From the IMG/VR virus record IMGVR_UViG_3300020159_001932, positions 68,603 to 132,602 of that record: DNA of 64,000 nucleotides. One strand, given 5' to 3'. A program made the translations under genes and the position numbers. The notes under the pieces are model-generated. The model was given only the letters and a program-made list of their open reading frames with translations, made no database searches and had not been told where the DNA came from. The DNA comes from a virus. Shown here piece after piece: positions 59,411 to 64,000 of the stretch (positions are counted from its first letter, which is position 1; each line of letters begins with the position of its first letter).

Positions 59411-59700
59411 TCAACTGTTTCCTCTTTAAAAATATTTGACCATGTTTGCAGTTTTGATCTTTTGTTTAAAGATGCGGCATAAACAGCAGACTCTTTAAGA
59501 ATACCTTTTTCCATCATTAACTGAATCATACACAACAAATCGCCGGCCTCTTCTTCCAGATGTTCTCTGTTGGTTTTTGGTTTTCCAGGTTTAAAATTAT
59601 CAAGCCCGAATCTAAAACACTTACTAATTGCCTGCGTTACCTCTGCACATTCTTCCTGTGTAATAAGAAGAATTTCATCTATTTTATTGTTGTCGTTCAT
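59407..59700 (-). CDS. MazG-like NTP pyrophosphohydrolase
   Basis: EECAEV..AISK..RFG...LEEEAGDL acidic metal-binding motif. Confidence 0.8.
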   Translation of the reverse strand: MNDNNKIDEILLITQEECAEVTQAISKCFRFGLDNFKPGKPKTNREHLEEEAGDLLCMIQLMMEKGILKESAVYAASLNKRSKLQTWSNIFKEETVE

Positions 59701-59726
59701 TATGAATCCTTGAATAAGATAAGTAC

Positions 59727-59755
59727 ATTATATATGGTTTATTTAGACTTGTCAA
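59727..59755 (-). promoter_or_regulatory. Consensus sigma70 promoter for the MazG-queE-rnh operon
   Basis: TTGACA-N17-TATAAT, exact consensus. Confidence 0.85.
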
Positions 59756-59762
59756 CTTTATT

Positions 59763-60695
59763 ATGAATAATTTAAAAACTATTATTTCTTGGACTCTTAA
59801 CGATTACTGTAAATCGGAATGTAGCTATTGCCCTATTAGTCTACGAGGTGGCGACCTTCCTTCAGAAACGACCGACTATCTCCGAATTGCAAACTTGCTT
59901 ATAGAGTCTTATTCAAAAAAACAACAACGGCAAATTGAATGGATATTTAACGGCGGTGAGCCGCTAGATATGAACGATATTGCTATGTTTTTAAAACTAT
60001 GCAGAACAAACAGTAGTTCGGTAACCTTACACACTAACGGCGGCAGACTATGGCTGGATTGGTGGGCAATCGAACCGTATGTTGATCACCTACACCTTAC
60101 TTTTCATTATTGGCAAAATCCTGCACTTATAAAATATATATCAGATACGTTTCATTCAAAAGGAAAAAAAATTAACATATCGTCTCCTATTAGACATGAC
60201 AATGTACAACAAGATTTAGATAGAGTTATAGAGTTAGAAGAAACGCTTGGATTTCTAATTACCAAAACAATTTTATATAAAGAAGCAGATCCTAGTGCAG
60301 GTATGTTTAATTACAAACATGAAGATCTTAAAAAAATTGATTTTTTTAATAAATCAAAAGATCAACGCGAAAGAATGTTGCAAGAAAAAATTCCTAAAAA
60401 AGTAAAAATACTAGAGGAAAAAATCTATTTTGAAGAAACTACCTGGGATGAGAGATACGAAGATACCTATAACAATAACCCTGTTTATACAGGACAATTA
60501 TGTAATGCAGGTGTTGAATACCTTAATATAGTGGCTAAAGGATGGGTATCTGGTAGCAATTGTAATAATCAACCTCTTGGAAATATATGGCATAATGGTT
60601 GGATGCCTCCTCAAGGTCCTCAAACATGTACTATGAAAGCATGTGTTAACGAGTCGGATCAGCGCATTACAAAGTTTCCTTTGACCTCTGCATAA
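59763..60695 (+). CDS. Radical SAM protein with a Cys-rich (SPASM/Twitch-like) C-terminus
   Basis: CKSECSYC, GGEP, TNG, and C-terminal CNAG...G.V.GSNC...LGNI...C...AC. Confidence 0.85.
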   Translation: MNNLKTIISWTLNDYCKSECSYCPISLRGGDLPSETTDYLRIANLLIESYSKKQQRQIEWIFNGGEPLDMNDIAMFLKLCRTNSSSVTLHTNGGRLWLDWWAIEPYVDHLHLTFHYWQNPALIKYISDTFHSKGKKINISSPIRHDNVQQDLDRVIELEETLGFLITKTILYKEADPSAGMFNYKHEDLKKIDFFNKSKDQRERMLQEKIPKKVKILEEKIYFEETTWDERYEDTYNNNPVYTGQLCNAGVEYLNIVAKGWVSGSNCNNQPLGNIWHNGWMPPQGPQTCTMKACVNESDQRITKFPLTSA

Positions 60696-61143
60696 GATAT
60701 GCTTCGTTGTGGATCCATTTATTGTCGACTAGGAAACCCCATTCACGCCTTTGTGGACCAGGCATGAACAAGGTCCAGCAGTCTGTTCCTTCTTTAAGCT
60801 CAACACGGTGATAGCTATTAGCACTGCAAATACGGAAGTGCCCAGGACCACGCCAATGCCGTGTCTCACTGATCTTGGCACCTTGTGAATCAAAGTTAGG
60901 AGTCCATTCATAATAACCGCCTTTTAAGATAATTGTAGCGTAAGGCCATGGATGATCATGCACATCATCGGGGTCTGACTTAAGAAACTTGTGCAGGAAC
61001 ACATTGAATGGAAACCGCTTTCTGTCGCGGAGAAATACATAATAGCGTTCGAGATACGGTTCATTGTCTTGCCTATCTGTTACAATTCTTTTACGACCTA
61101 ACCGGTCAAGAGTGTTTAATAAAAATTTAGAAAGGAATATCAT
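60667..61143 (-). CDS. Cupin-fold protein
   Basis: HDHPW...GGYYE...HRVEL...WTLF His-rich cupin pattern. Confidence 0.7.
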   Translation of the reverse strand: MIFLSKFLLNTLDRLGRKRIVTDRQDNEPYLERYYVFLRDRKRFPFNVFLHKFLKSDPDDVHDHPWPYATIILKGGYYEWTPNFDSQGAKISETRHWRGPGHFRICSANSYHRVELKEGTDCWTLFMPGPQRREWGFLVDNKWIHNEAYLMQRSKETL

Positions 61144-61366
61144 CGGTGACCTCTTCGGATCTTAATGTAGAAAGACATACGTTGTAATCAATAATAAACG
61201 CTTCCCAACTTTTACGCATAGCCGGCCAACGTTCAATCATTTCTTTGAGTCTGTACCAACTTACCTGATCAAATGTTTTATATTGAACAAATGGATCATT
61301 GATAGTAATAGGCCCGTCATCATAATAATCTGATTCGGGCCATTCTTCATTCAGGTCTGTTTTCAC
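61127..61366 (-). CDS. Hypothetical protein
   Basis: 79-aa ORF overlapping both neighbours. Confidence 0.6.
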   Translation of the reverse strand: MKTDLNEEWPESDYYDDGPITINDPFVQYKTFDQVSWYRLKEMIERWPAMRKSWEAFIIDYNVCLSTLRSEEVTDDIPF

Positions 61367-62342
61367 GATTCTTCATCCAACTATAAGTTGTTTTAACAAT
61401 ATTTTTTAAACTACTATTCTTAGGCATCCAGCTAGTGTCTGTTATAAACTTTCCTGGATTGGCAACCAACTCGTCGGGGTCCCCAATACGCCGTGGACCG
61501 AATTTAAAGTCTACCTGTTTTTCAACAATTTCTTTGACCTGGCTAATAATTTCAGCATTGCTTGATCCAACTCCTGTGCCAAGATTATAGCATTTAAATT
61601 CTCTGTTATTGAGTCTTGCGGCCATTTTTACAGATAATACATGAGCTTCGGCAATATCAGAGACATGTAGATAATCTCTTATACACGTTCCGTCTGTAGT
61701 AGAAAAGTCATTGCCATTGATAATTATAGTATTATTTTCAAGAACACTTTGAACTACTCTAGGAATTAAATGACTATCGTTCCAAATATTTCCTAGGTTG
61801 CCATCGGCATCGCAACCACAGGCATTAAAATAACGTAGAGCAATACCTTTAAATCCGTAGGCACGACAGTGATCTTCGATAATTTGCTCGCACATTAATT
61901 TACTACGTCCGTATGGACTAATTGGATCTTTAATGTCTTGTTCTAACCAAGGGCGAGTATAGTTGTTTCCGTAAACAGCGGCACTACTACTAAAAACAAT
62001 AATACCGCACCAGTCATTTTTAACCAAATCTGATAGCATGGTGTTGGTCTTAAAAACATTGTTATCGTAGTATTCACTGGGATTGTCAATGCTAGGCCCT
62101 ACTAAACTTGTACCAGCACAATGTACAATGGCGCAGGCCTTTTTATCTTGAGCAGAAAACGCCGCAATATTAACGAAGTCGTCAATGATCAATTCATCAA
62201 TGAATTGAGTTCCTTCCTTGATAGTAAATTCGCGATCGATTCCAATTACGCGATATCCTGCCTGCTTAAAGGCCTTGGCAGTATGACTGCCAATGAAGCC
62301 TAAAGCACCTGTAATAATAACAGTATCAATATTTTGACTCAC
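61347..62342 (-). CDS. galE: UDP-glucose 4-epimerase-like extended SDR
   Basis: TGALGFIGSH, FSSSAAVYG, YGRSK, LRYFNACG, DGTCIRDYLHV and RRIGDP motifs. Confidence 0.92.
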   Translation of the reverse strand: MSQNIDTVIITGALGFIGSHTAKAFKQAGYRVIGIDREFTIKEGTQFIDELIIDDFVNIAAFSAQDKKACAIVHCAGTSLVGPSIDNPSEYYDNNVFKTNTMLSDLVKNDWCGIIVFSSSAAVYGNNYTRPWLEQDIKDPISPYGRSKLMCEQIIEDHCRAYGFKGIALRYFNACGCDADGNLGNIWNDSHLIPRVVQSVLENNTIIINGNDFSTTDGTCIRDYLHVSDIAEAHVLSVKMAARLNNREFKCYNLGTGVGSSNAEIISQVKEIVEKQVDFKFGPRRIGDPDELVANPGKFITDTSWMPKNSSLKNIVKTTYSWMKNRENRPE

Positions 62343-63534
62343 GGGTATGCTTTCGATAGTCTGTGCCCATACGGCGCCACTGTGTAGCCTTGCACTCTAC
62401 GCCACCTTCGGCAATAGTACCGGCAGTTTCCATAATGTCACAAATACGATCAATTGTACCATCGGTCCAGTTACTAATCTCTCCCATACGGGGATGTTCT
62501 TCTTTTAACAAAACTTCTAATTTGTTTAAAGCATCCTCGATGCTCCATGGAACATACATACGAGTATGATCATTAGCAAATGTTTCTGGGAAACTACGAT
62601 ATGCTGGATACAATACATTACAACCTAGCGCATCTGCTTCGCTGACAGTATTACTAACCCAGTCTTGTAAAGCACAGTTAAACACTACACGACTGTCGTT
62701 GACAATATTATAGTATTCGTTCTTTTCAAGATCCTGATACAGAGTTAGCATACCTCGATTGCTTAACTCTTGTGTACGTTTCATGTAACTGTTGTTATTG
62801 CTTCGAAGTTTTGAGCCACCGCATACAGCAAATTCAACTCCGCTATTAGGATGTTTTTTATGCCATGCTTCAATTACATCCATATAGAAATCGGGTTGTT
62901 TCTCCTGATCCCAACGTGCAGAAAATACTACACGCTGTTTACGTGCATGAAATGGCTTGATACTTTCTACGCGACTTTGTACCTCGTTCTTTCCAAATGC
63001 TAATCCACTAATATTGTAGAGCGGAGACTTCCACCCGGCAATCTTCATGTGCATTACCATCTCTTCGTTGCTAGCAAGAACACCGTCGACGAATGAGTCT
63101 ACCATCTTTTCATAGTGACCCATAAACTCGCTCATGCCCCATACATGTACGAAATCATCCGGATCGATTGACTGAGCAAGACAACGGACAAATATACGAG
63201 GACGCATACTGCTATCAATCTGATTAAGGATGTAAGGAAGACTTTCGATACCAGGCTGGAACATGTCCTCAAAGTAGATAACATCTTCATGATTAATTTC
63301 TCCAGCCTTCATCATACGAACTAGATTCATCAGTTGGCTCATACCAAAATATGTGCGTCCGTGTGCATCTAACACTTGCCCTGTTACAATGGCCTGGTCA
63401 TTGCCAAGTGTTTCTCCGGGTACCAACATGTAGTCAATACCTCGACGTTTGAACACAGCTTCGTTCCAGTCTTGTAACTGTAATGTATATCGGGCCTTGT
63501 AGGGCTCAAGACCCATGTAGTACAGTTTTCTCAT
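62326..63534 (-). CDS. GT-B fold glycosyltransferase
   Basis: VVFSARWDQEKQP and ALQDWVSNTVSEA..LGC..LYP...SFPE resemble the C-terminal nucleotide-sugar-binding domain. Confidence 0.75.
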   Translation of the reverse strand: MRKLYYMGLEPYKARYTLQLQDWNEAVFKRRGIDYMLVPGETLGNDQAIVTGQVLDAHGRTYFGMSQLMNLVRMMKAGEINHEDVIYFEDMFQPGIESLPYILNQIDSSMRPRIFVRCLAQSIDPDDFVHVWGMSEFMGHYEKMVDSFVDGVLASNEEMVMHMKIAGWKSPLYNISGLAFGKNEVQSRVESIKPFHARKQRVVFSARWDQEKQPDFYMDVIEAWHKKHPNSGVEFAVCGGSKLRSNNNSYMKRTQELSNRGMLTLYQDLEKNEYYNIVNDSRVVFNCALQDWVSNTVSEADALGCNVLYPAYRSFPETFANDHTRMYVPWSIEDALNKLEVLLKEEHPRMGEISNWTDGTIDRICDIMETAGTIAEGGVECKATQWRRMGTDYRKHTRESKY

Positions 63535-63764
63535 TGATTGTTGTAACGTGGTTTAAATTCTTTTTTACCTAGATAAGGTTTACGTTCTCCGTTCCACGCA
63601 GGTCGGGTAAAGTCTTTATATTCTTTAGACCTGTACAAATCTGCAGGGTTATATGGAAGAAGATTAAATCTGCAATGATCGAGCCACTTATCTAGGTCGT
63701 CAAAGATTTTTTCAACTTCGGGTTTCATACGAAGGGTTTTTTGGATATAAGCAGGTTGTGCCAT
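63531..63764 (-). CDS. Hypothetical protein
   Basis: 77 aa, ATGA-coupled to the glycosyltransferase. Confidence 0.7.
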   Translation of the reverse strand: MAQPAYIQKTLRMKPEVEKIFDDLDKWLDHCRFNLLPYNPADLYRSKEYKDFTRPAWNGERKPYLGKKEFKPRYNNQ

Positions 63765-63765
63765 T

Positions 63766-64000
63766 TTAATTTACGTGATAATGATAAGATGAAGGAAATT
63801 TAATGAAGCAGCCGTTTTCGCCGTCTTCACTAACGTCTGCCCAAACCTCTCGGCCTGGGTATCTTGCGACAATTGTAGCGTGAAGATCACGGCTTATCAT
63901 TTCGCAGGATTTGTGGTTGAGTTCGAGTGTGCCATCTGTGTAGCAGTGCTCTAACCAACGCTTAAACTGAATAAACTCAATATCACGATCATCGTGAAAT
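63766..64000 (-). CDS. QueD-like (6-pyruvoyl/6-carboxy-tetrahydropterin synthase-like T-fold) protein, 3' part only
   Basis: Not in the ORF track. Hand translation gives FHDDRDIEFIQFKRWLE...KSCEMISRDL...VSEDGENGC, with stop at 63766-63768. SCE and V.E match the T-fold pattern, but the N-terminal His motifs lie outside the window. Confidence 0.6.
   Translation of the reverse strand, partial: FHDDRDIEFIQFKRWLEHCYTDGTLELNHKSCEMISRDLHATIVARYPGREVWADVSEDGENGCFIKFPSSYHYHVN

Noticed and set aside
1-64000. Stop-codon reassignment, as found in some large phages
   Set aside because: Long genes are intact under the standard code, and TAA, TAG and TGA all end genes at sensible positions.

Overview
This window is a segment of a large, AT-rich myovirus (jumbo-phage-type) genome with T4-related core genes; it is not bacterial chromosome. 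From left to right it holds: (1) a minus-strand head module (a repeat-rich structural protein running off the left edge, major capsid gp23, scaffold gp22, protease gp21, an acidic core protein, portal gp20, and a probable tape measure); (2) a divergent gp26/gp51-like pair joined by a candidate -1 frameshift; (3) two related internal-head-like proteins; (4) a ~440-nt structured non-coding element directly behind a catalytic-domain-only GIY-YIG nuclease, followed by gp46, gp47 and the late sigma factor gp55; (5) a plus-strand baseplate and fibre module, including gp5 with a GH19 domain and a 3973-aa giant; (6) a minus-strand early/metabolic block with thyA, a MoxR AAA+ and vWA-metallopeptidase pair, an RNase H/FEN nuclease, and a QueE/MazG/cupin/GalE/glycosyltransferase/QueD-like cluster. 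The best candidates for new biology are the GIY-YIG plus large structured RNA locus, the possible glycosylated 7-deazaguanine DNA-modification cluster, and the gp26-gp51 frameshift. All family calls come from motif recognition by eye, not database searches. No tRNA, rRNA or CRISPR array was seen.
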